NCBI GenBank assembly: GCA_013817655.1
Contig: JACDCJ010000001.1
Coordinates: forward strand, 1 to 30,000
From: Actinomycetota bacterium
GTDB lineage: Bacteria; Actinomycetota; UBA4738
Direction: 5' to 3'
Length of the DNA stretch: 30,000 nt
A program made the position numbers and the translations under genes. The notes below the pieces were generated by a model that saw only the letters and a program-made list of their open reading frames with translations, made no database searches and was not told the origin of the DNA. Positions 1 to 9,805 of the stretch are shown in pieces; within the stretch, counting starts at the first letter, position 1, and the number at the start of each line of letters is the position of its first letter.

Positions 1-1080
1 CTGCAGGGCCTTCGCCTCGCGCATGTAGCGCTCGACCGGATACTCCTGCATGTAGCCGTACCCCCCGTGGATCTGGACGGCGTCGGTCGTAACGCGCATG
101 GCGACGTCGGACGCGAAGAGCTTGGCCATCGACGCCGCGATGGAGAAGTCGCCGCCCCCGTCGCGAAGCCGCGCAGCCTCCCGGTACAGGCGACGGGCCG
201 CCTCGATCTGGGTCGCCATGTCGGCCAGCATGAACTGCAGGCCCTGGAAGTCGATGACCGCGCGGCCGAACTGCGACCGCTCCTTCGCAAACTTCACCGC
301 CGCGTCGAACGCCGCCTGGGAGAGGCCCACCGAGCAGGCGGCGATCCCCAGGCGCCCCCCGTCGAGGGCCGCGAGGGCGATGGGGAACCCCTGCCCCTCC
401 TCCCCCACCAGGTTCTCCACGGGCACCTCGCATCCCTCGAAGATCAGCTCGCGCATCGGGGAGGCGTTCCAGCCCATCTTCTCCTCGAGCTTTCCGAACT
501 CGAATCCCGGGCGGTCCGGTTCGACGGCGAAGGCGGAGATGCCGCGAGGACCCTCCTCTCCTGTCCGCGCCAGCACGAGGTAGAGCTCCGCCTCTCCCCC
601 GTGCGTGATGAATCGCTTCGACCCGGTAAGCCGGTAGCCGCCTTCCAGGCGCTCCGCGCGCGTACGCAGGGAGGCGGCGTCCGAGCCGCTCGAGGCCTCC
701 GAGAGCGCGTAGGCGCCCAGCCACTCGCCCGAGAACAGCCGCGGCAGGTACCTCTCCTTCAGGGAGTCGGACCCGTACTGGGAGATGCCGAACGCGGACA
801 GGTGGTGGACGGAGAGCGTCACGGCCAGGGAAAGGAACCCCGTCGCGATCTCCTCGAGGACGGTCACGTATGTCAGATACGACTGCGCTCCGCCGCCGAA
901 GCGCTGCTCGTACGGGATTCCGGCGAGCCCCATCTCCCCGAGCTGGGAGAACAGCTCGCGGGGGAACTCCTTCTTCTCCTCGAATGCGGCGGCGGCGGGA
1001 GCGACCCGTTCGGCGACGAACTCGCGGACCGCGCCGACGATGTCTCGCTGGTCTTCGCTCAGGCCGAAGTCGCGCTCCAC
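1..1080 (-). CDS. Acyl-CoA dehydrogenase (3' end runs off the window start; missing from the ORF track)
   Basis: Manual translation from GTG at 1080: MERDFGLSEDQRDIVGAVREF...GAYALSEASSGSDAASL...QIHGGYGYMQEYPVERYMREAKALQ, with ACAD motifs. TACGCT -10 hexamer lies 7 nt upstream (1088-1093). Confidence 0.92.
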   Translation of the reverse strand, partial: MERDFGLSEDQRDIVGAVREFVAERVAPAAAAFEEKKEFPRELFSQLGEMGLAGIPYEQRFGGGAQSYLTYVTVLEEIATGFLSLAVTLSVHHLSAFGISQYGSDSLKERYLPRLFSGEWLGAYALSEASSGSDAASLRTRAERLEGGYRLTGSKRFITHGGEAELYLVLARTGEEGPRGISAFAVEPDRPGFEFGKLEEKMGWNASPMRELIFEGCEVPVENLVGEEGQGFPIALAALDGGRLGIAACSVGLSQAAFDAAVKFAKERSQFGRAVIDFQGLQFMLADMATQIEAARRLYREAARLRDGGGDFSIAASMAKLFASDVAMRVTTDAVQIHGGYGYMQEYPVERYMREAKALQ

Positions 1081-1158
1081 CGAGGGAAGCGTAGCATCGG
1101 CGCTCAGCGATGCCGCCTCTCGCGGGGCGTCCCACGCCGCCGGTATCCTTTCCTGGTC

Positions 1159-2556
1159 ATGCGCCTCTACAGCTCCCTGTCGCGCCAGATCGAAGAGGTC
1201 AAGCCGTTGGACGGCCAGACCGTGAAGATCTACTCGTGCGGTCCCACCGTGTACCGCTACATCCATATAGGAAACTTCCGCTCCTTCATGCTCGGCGATC
1301 TCATCCGGCGGATCCTTCGGTTCGAGGGTCAGGACTCCCGTCTGGTCATGAACATCACCGACGTCGGCCACATGACCGACGACCTAAGGGACACGGGGCT
1401 CGACAAGATGGAGCTCGCCCAGTCGGACGAGGGCCTCTCCGCGATGCAGATCGCGGAGAAGTACACCGAGGCGTTCCTCAAGGACGGCGACGCGGTCGGC
1501 ATCGGGCGTGCCGACCTGTATCCGCGGGCGACCGAGCACATCCCCGAGATGATCGAGATCACGAAGCGGCTGGTCGAGAAGGGCCACGCGTACGTGGTCG
1601 ACGGAACGGTGTACTTCGAGGTCCGCACCTTCCCGGACTACGGGAAGCTCTCGGGCAACACCCTCGAGGCGCTTCAGGCCGGGCACCGACAGGACGTGGA
1701 GGTCGACCCGAACAAGCGAAGCCGAGAGGACTTCGGGCTCTGGAAAAAGGCAGGCGCGCATCGCGTCCTAAAGTGGCCGAGCCCGTGGGGGGACGGCTTT
1801 CCCGGGTGGCACATCGAGTGCTCGGCGATGTCGATGAAGCACCTGGGCGAGCGCTTCGACGTCCACACCGGCGGCAACGACAACAAGTTCCCCCACCATG
1901 AGGACGAGATCGCGCAGTCCGAAGCCGCCGTTGGCCATTCGGTCGTCTCGGTGTGGGTGCACGGCGGTTTCCTACGCCTCTCCGGACAGAAGATCGCGAA
2001 GTCGGCGAAGAACGTCGTGCTGGTGCCGGAGATCGTGGAGCGGGGACTGGATCCGCTGGCGTTCCGGTTGGTGTGCTTCGGCACCCGTTATCGCAGCGAG
2101 ATGGATTTCAGCTGGGAGGCCTTCGAGGCGGCGAACACCCGGCTCACCGGCCTGCGGCAGCGGATGGCCGACTGGTCCGAGTCGCCGGCCGTGGCGACGC
2201 GCGGTGAAATGGCCGAAGACCTCGACCGCCGCTTCAGGGACGCGGTCGCGGACGACATGGACATGCCGGCCGCACTCGTGGTGCTCAACGAGGCGGTCTC
2301 CTCCCCCGCGGTTGGCCCGGCTGAGAAGTACCGGCTCCTCTCCTCGTGGGACGGCGTCCTGGGTCTGGACCTCGAGCGGCTGGCCCGCGAACGATACGAG
2401 GCGCCGCCCGAGGTCCTCGAGCTGATCCGCCGGCGAGACGAGGCCCGGGCCGCCAGGGACTTCGGAACGGCCGATCGGATCCGAGATCAGCTCGGCGCGA
2501 TGGGCCTCGAGGTCATGGACACGCCGGCGGGAACGAGGGTCCGCCCCCGCCTCTAG
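1159..2556 (+). CDS. cysS: Cysteine--tRNA ligase
   Basis: CGPTVY..HIGN, GWHIECSAM, HTGGNDNKFPHHEDE, KIAKS (KMSKS-like) and a C-terminal anticodon-binding helix. Start reassigned to ATG 1159 (MRLYSSLSRQIEE). Confidence 0.95.
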   Translation: MRLYSSLSRQIEEVKPLDGQTVKIYSCGPTVYRYIHIGNFRSFMLGDLIRRILRFEGQDSRLVMNITDVGHMTDDLRDTGLDKMELAQSDEGLSAMQIAEKYTEAFLKDGDAVGIGRADLYPRATEHIPEMIEITKRLVEKGHAYVVDGTVYFEVRTFPDYGKLSGNTLEALQAGHRQDVEVDPNKRSREDFGLWKKAGAHRVLKWPSPWGDGFPGWHIECSAMSMKHLGERFDVHTGGNDNKFPHHEDEIAQSEAAVGHSVVSVWVHGGFLRLSGQKIAKSAKNVVLVPEIVERGLDPLAFRLVCFGTRYRSEMDFSWEAFEAANTRLTGLRQRMADWSESPAVATRGEMAEDLDRRFRDAVADDMDMPAALVVLNEAVSSPAVGPAEKYRLLSSWDGVLGLDLERLARERYEAPPEVLELIRRRDEARAARDFGTADRIRDQLGAMGLEVMDTPAGTRVRPRL

Positions 2557-3731
2557 AGGCCGAGCGTCTTGGCGATGTTCGTCCGAAGGATCTCGCTCGT
2601 CCCCTCGTATAGGCGCATGGCCCGAACGTCCCGGTACCACGCCTCGAGGCCGAGCTCTGTCATGAAGCCCGTGCCTCCGTGGACCTGGATGGCCCGGTCG
2701 GCCACCCGCCCCACCATCTCCGTGGCGACGAGCTTTGCAAGCGCCGCCTCCCGCCGTCCATCGGCGCCCTCGTCGATCCGCCGGGCGCACTCGTAGACCA
2801 GCAGCCGGGCCTGCTCGAGCTCCGCGTGGGAGTCCACCAGCATCCCCTGGATGTACTGGTTCGAGCCGATCGGCCTCTCGAACGCCACCCGGCTCTTCGC
2901 GTATTCGAGGGACCGGCGCAGCAGGTTCTGCGCGATCCCGAGCGCGCTCGCGGCGATCTGCAGCCGCGCGCCGTTGATCCCCCTCACCGCGGAATAGAAG
3001 CCGAAGCCGACCTGCCCCAGGACCTGCTCCTCCCCCACCTCCACATCTTCGAAGGTGAACTCGACCGGGTTCTGGTAGGGCGACATCGTCCGCTGGACTC
3101 GGGTGACGGAGAACCCGGGAGTGCCCGCATCCACGAAGAAAGCGGTGATGCCGCCGTGGGCGCGTCGCTCGGGGTCGGTCACCGCGAAGACGAGGGCGAA
3201 GTCGGCGGACTCGCCCGCCGTGATGAAGTGCTTGCGACCGTTCAGGACCCATGTCCCGGACCCGGTCGAGGCGGCGCGCGTACGGATTCGTGTGGCGTCC
3301 GAGCCCGCCTCTGGTTCCGTGAGCGCGAAGCACGTCACCTTGTCCCCGGACATCAGCGGAGCGAGATACTTCTCGCGCTGCGGCTCGGTGCAGTCCAGAT
3401 GGATGGGACTCGGCCCGGTGACCACGGGGAATATCGATTCGAACTGAGCGAGGACCAGCCCATGACTGGAGGCCTCCTCGTGAAGGACGACCTGGCCGAG
3501 ATACTCAAGTCCCCCGCCGCCGACGGACTCGGGCATGTGCAGCGTCCAGAAGCCTACCTCTGCCGAGCGCTTGCGCATCTTGAGCTGCTCCTCGCGCAGA
3601 GCCGCGAACGTGCCCGTCTCCTGGATCTCCTCGCGGTACGACTCCTCGGTAGGGCGCACCTCACGATCGATGAACTGCGAGAGCGACGCCCGCAGCTCTG
3701 CAACCTCCTCGGGGATGCTCGGACGCGACAT
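2553..3731 (-). CDS. Acyl-CoA dehydrogenase
   Basis: CFALTEPEAGSDA, LNGRKHFIT, AIQVHGGTGF, RLYEGTSEI. Start ATG 3731 follows a GGAGGGAG RBS. Confidence 0.93.
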   Translation of the reverse strand: MSRPSIPEEVAELRASLSQFIDREVRPTEESYREEIQETGTFAALREEQLKMRKRSAEVGFWTLHMPESVGGGGLEYLGQVVLHEEASSHGLVLAQFESIFPVVTGPSPIHLDCTEPQREKYLAPLMSGDKVTCFALTEPEAGSDATRIRTRAASTGSGTWVLNGRKHFITAGESADFALVFAVTDPERRAHGGITAFFVDAGTPGFSVTRVQRTMSPYQNPVEFTFEDVEVGEEQVLGQVGFGFYSAVRGINGARLQIAASALGIAQNLLRRSLEYAKSRVAFERPIGSNQYIQGMLVDSHAELEQARLLVYECARRIDEGADGRREAALAKLVATEMVGRVADRAIQVHGGTGFMTELGLEAWYRDVRAMRLYEGTSEILRTNIAKTLGL

Positions 3732-3772
3732 GTCTCCCTCCGCAGGCTTGCTGGACCCTGAGGTCAGCGGCC

Positions 3773-3792
3773 AACCTACCGCCCAGTAGGTT
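3773..3792 (-). promoter_or_regulatory. Inverted repeat AACCTAC-N6-GTAGGTT overlapping a TAGGTT -10-like hexamer upstream of the acyl-CoA dehydrogenase
   Basis: Perfect 7-bp arms at 3773-3779 and 3786-3792, seen directly. Operator role is inferred. Confidence 0.45.
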
Positions 3793-4888
3793 ACATCACA
3801 CTCGCGAGCTCGCGGTTGGCGGAGTTGAGGCGCAGCCCGCCATCCGGCGTGACCGTCACGATGTCCTCGATCCGCACGCCGAAGCGCCCCTCCAGGTAGA
3901 TGCCGGGCTCGATGGAGAAGCACATTCCTACCTCGAGTGGTTCGGCGTTGCCGGCAACCAGGTACGGATCCTCGTGCTCCTCCAATCCGATCCCGTGGCC
4001 CGTGCGATGGAGGAACGCGTCTCCGTAGCCGGCATCATCGATGACCCCGCGAGCCGCCGCGTCGACCTCCTCGGCGGGAACCCCTGGCCGCACCGCGGCG
4101 AACGCCGCCTGCTGCGCCTCCCGCACGATCTCGTGAACCTCACGAAGCTCCTCCGTGGGCGTCCCGACGCAGACCGTGCGGCTGACGTCCGAGCAGTAGC
4201 CGCCCACCCGCCCGCCAAAGTCCAGCACGACCGCATCGCCTTCCCGGATGCCGCGGCTGCCCGGCTCGTGGTGTGGCGAGGCCCCGTTCGGACCGGAGGC
4301 CACGATAGTGAAGGCGGCGGCGTCGTGCCCGGACTCGGTGATGTGTCGCGCGAGCGACCGAGCGACATCCTCTTCGGCCCGGCCCTCGAGCCCCTCCCTG
4401 CAGATCCGGCGGAACGCCTCGTCGGCGCTCCGGGCCGCGCGAGCGAGCAGCGCCACCTCCGACTCGTCCTTGCGCGCGCGAAGCCGCGAGAGCGTTCGCG
4501 AGGCCGGAAGGAACCGCGCGCCCGGGAGCGTTCCTTCAAGGCCGAGGAGATGCGACGCCCACATCCGGTCGGCGACGCCGTAGGTCCCCGCTGCGGAGAC
4601 GATCCGCCGAACCGCTTCGTACGGGTCCTCCCCGTCCCTCCACGATCGGATGTCCAGCAGATCCGCGCCGGGCGAGTTGAGGGCCCGCGGTCGTTCCAGC
4701 TCGGGGACGAGGAGCACCGGCTCGCCGGCCGGCCGGACGATCAAGGCCGTCAAGCGCTCGAGGGGAGGCGGATCGTAGCCGGTCAGGTACAGCAGGTCGG
4801 CCGATGGAGCAATGAGGAGCGCCTCCAGCCCGGAGGCGGCGGCCTCCTCGGCGGCGCGCTTCAGTCGCGTGGCGTGATCGTGGGACAC
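3791..4888 (-). CDS. Xaa-Pro peptidase family protein (M24B, creatinase N-domain)
   Basis: DFGG..GGYCSDVSRT, HRTGHGIGLEEHEDP, SIEPGIY, GVRIED metal-ligand motifs. TATGAT lies 6 nt before the GTG. Confidence 0.92.
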   Translation of the reverse strand: MSHDHATRLKRAAEEAAASGLEALLIAPSADLLYLTGYDPPPLERLTALIVRPAGEPVLLVPELERPRALNSPGADLLDIRSWRDGEDPYEAVRRIVSAAGTYGVADRMWASHLLGLEGTLPGARFLPASRTLSRLRARKDESEVALLARAARSADEAFRRICREGLEGRAEEDVARSLARHITESGHDAAAFTIVASGPNGASPHHEPGSRGIREGDAVVLDFGGRVGGYCSDVSRTVCVGTPTEELREVHEIVREAQQAAFAAVRPGVPAEEVDAAARGVIDDAGYGDAFLHRTGHGIGLEEHEDPYLVAGNAEPLEVGMCFSIEPGIYLEGRFGVRIEDIVTVTPDGGLRLNSANRELASVM

Positions 4889-4921
4889 GGCGGCATCATA
4901 CCGGCGGGCCCTCGCCGCCCC

Positions 4922-6343
4922 TCAGGGCTGAGTCCGCGGAGCGATCAGCTTGCCCGGGTTCATTACCCCCTTCGGGTCCAGGGCGTCCTTGACCCGGCGA
5001 AGCAAGGCGATGCCGGGTTCCCCGTTCTCGGCGACGAGGTGCGGCGCCAGGTGCAGCCCGATCCCGTGGGAGTAGCCAATCGTCCCCTCGGCCGCGATGC
5101 ATGCCGTTAGGGCGTCATCCCAGGCGCGGGCGTACCCGAGCTCGGCCTCCTCGTCGCTGCTCGCGCGGAGGAGGAAGGGGAACATCAGGGAGGCTCCCGA
5201 TGTGTGGACGTGCCCGACGACGCACCCGACGGACTCCGCGTGCTCGAGGAGCGCGCCGCGGACCGCCTCGTAGAGGCCGGGCAGCCTGCGCCAGAGCCCC
5301 GTGGCCTCCACCGTGTCCGCGATCACGCCCGCGCCGAGGCTCCGTTCCGATCCCATGACGGACTCGTACCGGGCGACCGGCTCGAAGCGCTGATCCCACC
5401 AGCGCTCCGCTAGGTCCCTGACGGCTGGCCTGGCACCGAGCTCCCGCGCGAGCTGCCCGAACTCGAAGCGCTCGGCGTCGCCGGCAGGAGCGCCCGCATC
5501 GAAGCCCACGAGCAGCGCCGCCCCACGCGACGCGCCGGGGGCGTCGAACAGCTCCCCCGCTCGCGTCTCGTCGAACAGCCGGGCGACGAGTGGCCGGAAC
5601 GGCCGCTGCACGAGTTCTCGGAGCAGTGCCAGGCCCGATTCGAACGAGTGGGGGCGAAAGGCCGCCCACGCGAGGGCCGCCGCCCGAGCCGTTGCGAAGG
5701 TGACCTCGGTGATCACACCGAGGGTGCCTTCCGAGCCCACGAAGAGGCGGCGGATGTCGGGGCCGGTGGCCGACCTCGGCACGGCCTTCAACTGAGCCAC
5801 GTCCCCATCGGCAAGCACGACGGTGATACCGAGGAGGGCGTCCTCGATCCCTCCGTACCCCGCCTGCGTCAGGCCCGCGGCGGCCGTCGCGACCCAGCCG
5901 CCGACGGTCGAGATTCCCATCGAGACGGGCGCGTGCCCCAGCGAGAAGCCCTGTCGGGCAAGGGTGGTCTCCAGGGTGGACCCGCGCACTCCGGCCTCGG
6001 CGCGTACGGTCTGCGAGACCTCGTCGACCTCCAGGATCCGATCCATGTGGGTTAGGTCCAGCACGAGGGAGCGCTTCACGGCCTGCGCGCCGCCGCACCT
6101 GCCCGATCCCTCGCCGCGCGGGACGACGGGTATGCCCTCCTCGTGTACCCAGGCGAGGATGGTCGACACCTCCTCGGTGCTCGACGGGAAGGCGACCGCC
6201 GCCGGATGGGCGACATGGGCTCCTCGCGCCTCCTGCAGCATGGCGAGGGCCCACCGGTCCCTCGCGTGCGCCGCGAGCTCTCCGTGGTGCGTCGTGACCC
6301 TCCCCGCCGGCAGCCGCTCGACCAGGGAGGCGAACTCGTCCAC
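4922..6343 (-). CDS. FAD-binding oxidoreductase (FAD_binding_4/FAD-oxidase_C; alkyl-DHAP synthase/GlcD-like)
   Basis: VVPRGEGSGRCGG, STVGGWVAT, FVGSEGTLGVIT, SHGIG, LDPKGVMNPGK. Confidence 0.85.
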   Translation of the reverse strand: MDEFASLVERLPAGRVTTHHGELAAHARDRWALAMLQEARGAHVAHPAAVAFPSSTEEVSTILAWVHEEGIPVVPRGEGSGRCGGAQAVKRSLVLDLTHMDRILEVDEVSQTVRAEAGVRGSTLETTLARQGFSLGHAPVSMGISTVGGWVATAAAGLTQAGYGGIEDALLGITVVLADGDVAQLKAVPRSATGPDIRRLFVGSEGTLGVITEVTFATARAAALAWAAFRPHSFESGLALLRELVQRPFRPLVARLFDETRAGELFDAPGASRGAALLVGFDAGAPAGDAERFEFGQLARELGARPAVRDLAERWWDQRFEPVARYESVMGSERSLGAGVIADTVEATGLWRRLPGLYEAVRGALLEHAESVGCVVGHVHTSGASLMFPFLLRASSDEEAELGYARAWDDALTACIAAEGTIGYSHGIGLHLAPHLVAENGEPGIALLRRVKDALDPKGVMNPGKLIAPRTQP

Positions 6344-6345
6344 GC

Positions 6346-9000
6346 CTACAGGCCCGTGTACGAGACGACGCTTCGGTTCACGGCCTCGGAGGCCGCGCGA
6401 GCGATCGCCGACACCTCGGCCTCCGCGACGTCCTCCACCTGGCGAAGAAGGTCCAGAACCTGCTTGCAGTTCCGCACGAAGTCGCCCGCCTGCAGGCCCG
6501 AGGCGCTAAGGACATCCTCGAGCGATTTTCCCTCTGCCCAGTCGAACAGCGTGGGCACGAACCCCGGATCGAGCTCGCGACAGAGCTCGACCTGGTGCGC
6601 GCCCTCGACGCGCCGGATGTCGGTCCAGAGCTCCGAGAGCCGGCGGTACCGCTCGCGCAGGGTAGCGGTCGGTATCTCGGTCCGAACCGGCATGCGCTCA
6701 CGGGATTCGTAAACCAGCGTGGAGACCAGGGCCGCGAACTCGGCGGGATGCAGGCCGTCGAACAGCCCCGCCGAGAGCCCCCCCGCGACGAGGATGTCTC
6801 CTTCGGCGTAGATCCGCCGGAGGCGCCTTCCCATGTCGGTGAGCGCGAAGGCGCGCACGTACCCGAGCTCTTCGAGCACGTCCACGACTCGATCGAACTG
6901 CCGTCCAAGGGTCTCCGTTCGAGATCGGATACGACGATCGAGGCCCGCGATGTCGCGCTCCAGTTTCGAGGCGCGAACGGCCCATCGCTCGTGCTTCGGC
7001 CGGTCGGGACAGGAGTGGCACGGGTGTCGTCTGGCCCGTCGCTCTAGGTCCGCGGCCCGCGTCTCCGTCTTGGGGTCGACCGAGCTCCCGGGGCGCGATC
7101 TCGGCTGCCGGACGGTCAGGGTGGCCAGCCGGGCGGCGAGATCCCGTCGGTACCGAGCGCTGCGGGCGCTCCCGGTACGGGGGAGGTCGATGCGGGCCAC
7201 CGGCCGGACGGCGTCCTCCACGTCGTTCGACGCGAGTCGGAAGTAGCGGCGATCCTGCGTGAGGACGGTCGGACGCCCCTCCCGGGTCGAGAGCACCACC
7301 GCGAGGCCGCGCCGGCGGGCCGACGGCAGGAAGATCACGTCGCCGGGCCGCAGGCTCGCCATGGCGTCTCTCGTCTGGTCCTTGCGGTTCCGCTGAACGT
7401 TCCTTCGTGCGTCCTCCCGGATGCGCTCGGCTCGCTCGCGCATCGACCAGTAGGCGGCGAAATCTCCGGCGTCGCAAGCCATCGACTCTCGATACCCCTC
7501 CAGGTATGCGCGGTCCCGCTCCAGCTGGCGTTCCAGCGCGACCACGCCACGGTCGGCCAGGAACTGCGCGAACGACGAGTTGAGGAGGTGATGAGCCTCC
7601 TGAGGCGTGTAGTTCTGGACCAGGTTGACCGTCATGTTGTAGGAGGGCCGGAACGAGGATCGGAGCTCGTAGGTTCGCGTGGAGGCCAGCCCGGCGACCC
7701 GCTCGAAGGGAACCTGCCTCTGGTACAGCACCACGGCGTTCCCCAGCTCGTCGATCCCCCGGCGCCCAGCGCGCCCCGTGAGCTGCGTGTACTCTCCCGG
7801 CCGAAGAAACTCGTGGCGCTCGCCCGAGAACTTCCACAGGTCTTCAATGACGACCGTCTTCGCCGGCATGTTGATCCCCAGGGAGAGGGTCTCGGTCGCG
7901 AAGACGACCCGGACGAGCCCCGCGGCGAAGAGCTCCTCGACGGTCTCCTTGAAGACGGGCAACATGCCGGCATGGTGGGAAGCGATCCCGGCGGAGAGCG
8001 CCTCCCGGAGGTCGAAGTAACCGAGCGCGGCAAGCTCGTCGTCGTCGATCCAGCCGACCCGGCGATCGGCCTCCTCGCGGATGCGGTCGGCTTCCTCCCG
8101 CGAGGTCAATCGGATGCCCGAGTCCAGGAGCATCCGGACGCTTCGGTCGCATCCGGCCCTGCTGAAGACGAAGTAGATCGCCGGCAGCATCCCTTCTTCG
8201 TCGAGGAGCTCCACGACCTCCTCCCGGCGAGGGGCGTATACCCGGCGATGGCCCTCGCGCGGCCTGGACATGGCCGCGGTCTGGAGGCGCCGGTCCGACC
8301 GCCGCCGGTAGGTCCGAACGCGAACCTCGCGCTGCTCGAGCGACACCAGGTACGGGTTCGGCAGGGGGTGTCCGTCTCGGTCGACGTGCATGGCGTGCAG
8401 CTCCGAGCCGACCAGGTAGAGGTTGCGGAGCGGCACGGGACGGCGTTCCTCGATAACCACCCGGGTCGGGCCGCGGAGGACGCCGATCCACTCGCCGAAC
8501 TCTTCCGCGTTAGATACCGTTGCGGACAGGCACACGACGGAGACGGACAGCGGCAGGTGGATGAGAATCTCCTCCCAGACGGCTCCCCGGTACGGATCCT
8601 GGAGGTAGTGGACCTCGTCCAGAACGACGGTCTCGAGGCCCTCGAGAGTCTTGCTGTTCTCGTAGAGCATGTTTCGCAGCACCTCGGTGGTCATGACGAC
8701 GATCGGAGCCTCCGAGTTGATGGAGTTGTCTCCGGTGAGGAGGCCCACGCGGCTCGAGCCATGCCGCGCCGTCAGATCACCGAACTTCTGGTTGGAGAGG
8801 GCCTTCAGTGGAGTCGTGTAGAAGGCTTTGGCGCCGGCGGACAGCGCCCGGTCGACGGCGAACTCGGCCACCACCGTCTTCCCCGACCCCGTCGGTGCGG
8901 CAACGAGGACCGACTCCCCTGCGTCGAGCGCGTCGATGGCCCGGAGCTGGAAGTCGTCCAGCGGGAACGGATAGGTCTCGGCGAAGCGGCGGAGGTCCAT
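6346..9000 (-). CDS. helY: Ski2-like DEAD/DEAH helicase HelY
   Basis: APTGSGKT, PLKALSNQK, DEVH, ATETLSLGINMPA, GRAGRRG and a DSHCT C-terminus. Usual position downstream of tatC. Confidence 0.92.
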   Translation of the reverse strand: MDLRRFAETYPFPLDDFQLRAIDALDAGESVLVAAPTGSGKTVVAEFAVDRALSAGAKAFYTTPLKALSNQKFGDLTARHGSSRVGLLTGDNSINSEAPIVVMTTEVLRNMLYENSKTLEGLETVVLDEVHYLQDPYRGAVWEEILIHLPLSVSVVCLSATVSNAEEFGEWIGVLRGPTRVVIEERRPVPLRNLYLVGSELHAMHVDRDGHPLPNPYLVSLEQREVRVRTYRRRSDRRLQTAAMSRPREGHRRVYAPRREEVVELLDEEGMLPAIYFVFSRAGCDRSVRMLLDSGIRLTSREEADRIREEADRRVGWIDDDELAALGYFDLREALSAGIASHHAGMLPVFKETVEELFAAGLVRVVFATETLSLGINMPAKTVVIEDLWKFSGERHEFLRPGEYTQLTGRAGRRGIDELGNAVVLYQRQVPFERVAGLASTRTYELRSSFRPSYNMTVNLVQNYTPQEAHHLLNSSFAQFLADRGVVALERQLERDRAYLEGYRESMACDAGDFAAYWSMRERAERIREDARRNVQRNRKDQTRDAMASLRPGDVIFLPSARRRGLAVVLSTREGRPTVLTQDRRYFRLASNDVEDAVRPVARIDLPRTGSARSARYRRDLAARLATLTVRQPRSRPGSSVDPKTETRAADLERRARRHPCHSCPDRPKHERWAVRASKLERDIAGLDRRIRSRTETLGRQFDRVVDVLEELGYVRAFALTDMGRRLRRIYAEGDILVAGGLSAGLFDGLHPAEFAALVSTLVYESRERMPVRTEIPTATLRERYRRLSELWTDIRRVEGAHQVELCRELDPGFVPTLFDWAEGKSLEDVLSASGLQAGDFVRNCKQVLDLLRQVEDVAEAEVSAIARAASEAVNRSVVSYTGL

Positions 9001-9061
9001 TCGTGTCCAGTGTAGGTGCGCCGCCCTGCCGAGCTAGCCCTCGGCTGTGGACCTTCGCGGT

Positions 9062-9805
9062 CTACCCGGAGAGCACCCCGCAGGTTGCGAGGTGTCCGCG
9101 GAGCAGCCGGTTGAAAGCCTCCGGCGCCTCCAGGCTCGAGAGGTGCCCTGCCCCCTCGATAGTCTCGAGCGCGGCCCCCGGAATCGCCTCCGCCAGTGGC
9201 CGGGAGGCATCCGGTGGAATGAGCGTGTCGCCCGTGGACGTGATGACCAGGGTCGGCACGCGAATCTCGTTAAGCAGGTCTGTGAAGTCCGGCCTGGCGG
9301 CCATGCCCAGCGATGCCGCGGCGATGGCCTCCGCCGACTGAGCGCGGATGATGTCCTTGACCCGGCTCCAGAGCTCCGGGGGTGCGTTCGCGGAGAGCAA
9401 AGGCGGAGGGTCCTCGACGAGGAACTCGCTCCCCTCCTGCCGCAATCGCCTGGCCAGCGCTCGCCTCCGGTCCTTCCCCGCCTCGTCGTCGGCGCCGGCC
9501 CGCGTGTTGGCGAGCACCAGACCGGCCGTGCGGTCGGGATTGCCTCGCCAGAAGGCCAAGGCGGCATAGCCTCCCATCGACAGCCCGCAGACCACCGCTC
9601 GCTCCACCCCGGCGTCCGTGAGGGCCGCTTCGGCGACGGCGGCCGCGGCCTCCATCTCGGTGGTCTCCGGCGGGGTGGTTCCCCCGCCGAAGCCTGGGAA
9701 GTTCGGAGCGACGACGATGATCTTCCCGGACAGGGCCGAGACCTGCGGTTCCCACATGGTGCTGTCCAGTGGGAACGCGTGGAGGAGGAGGAGCCCGTCC
9801 GTCAT
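9062..9805 (-). CDS. Alpha/beta fold hydrolase
   Basis: LLLHAFPLD, GLSMGG nucleophile elbow, Asp (GDTL) and GAGHLS. Confidence 0.9.
   Translation of the reverse strand: MTDGLLLLHAFPLDSTMWEPQVSALSGKIIVVAPNFPGFGGGTTPPETTEMEAAAAVAEAALTDAGVERAVVCGLSMGGYAALAFWRGNPDRTAGLVLANTRAGADDEAGKDRRRALARRLRQEGSEFLVEDPPPLLSANAPPELWSRVKDIIRAQSAEAIAAASLGMAARPDFTDLLNEIRVPTLVITSTGDTLIPPDASRPLAEAIPGAALETIEGAGHLSSLEAPEAFNRLLRGHLATCGVLSG

Noticed and set aside
67-1158. N-terminal 364 aa of the 829-aa track ORF, and similar extensions on prcA, the zinicin, DUF3866 and mauD
   Set aside because: These are shadow readthrough of neighbouring or opposite-strand genes. Real starts were reassigned from motifs, RBS or -10 positions.
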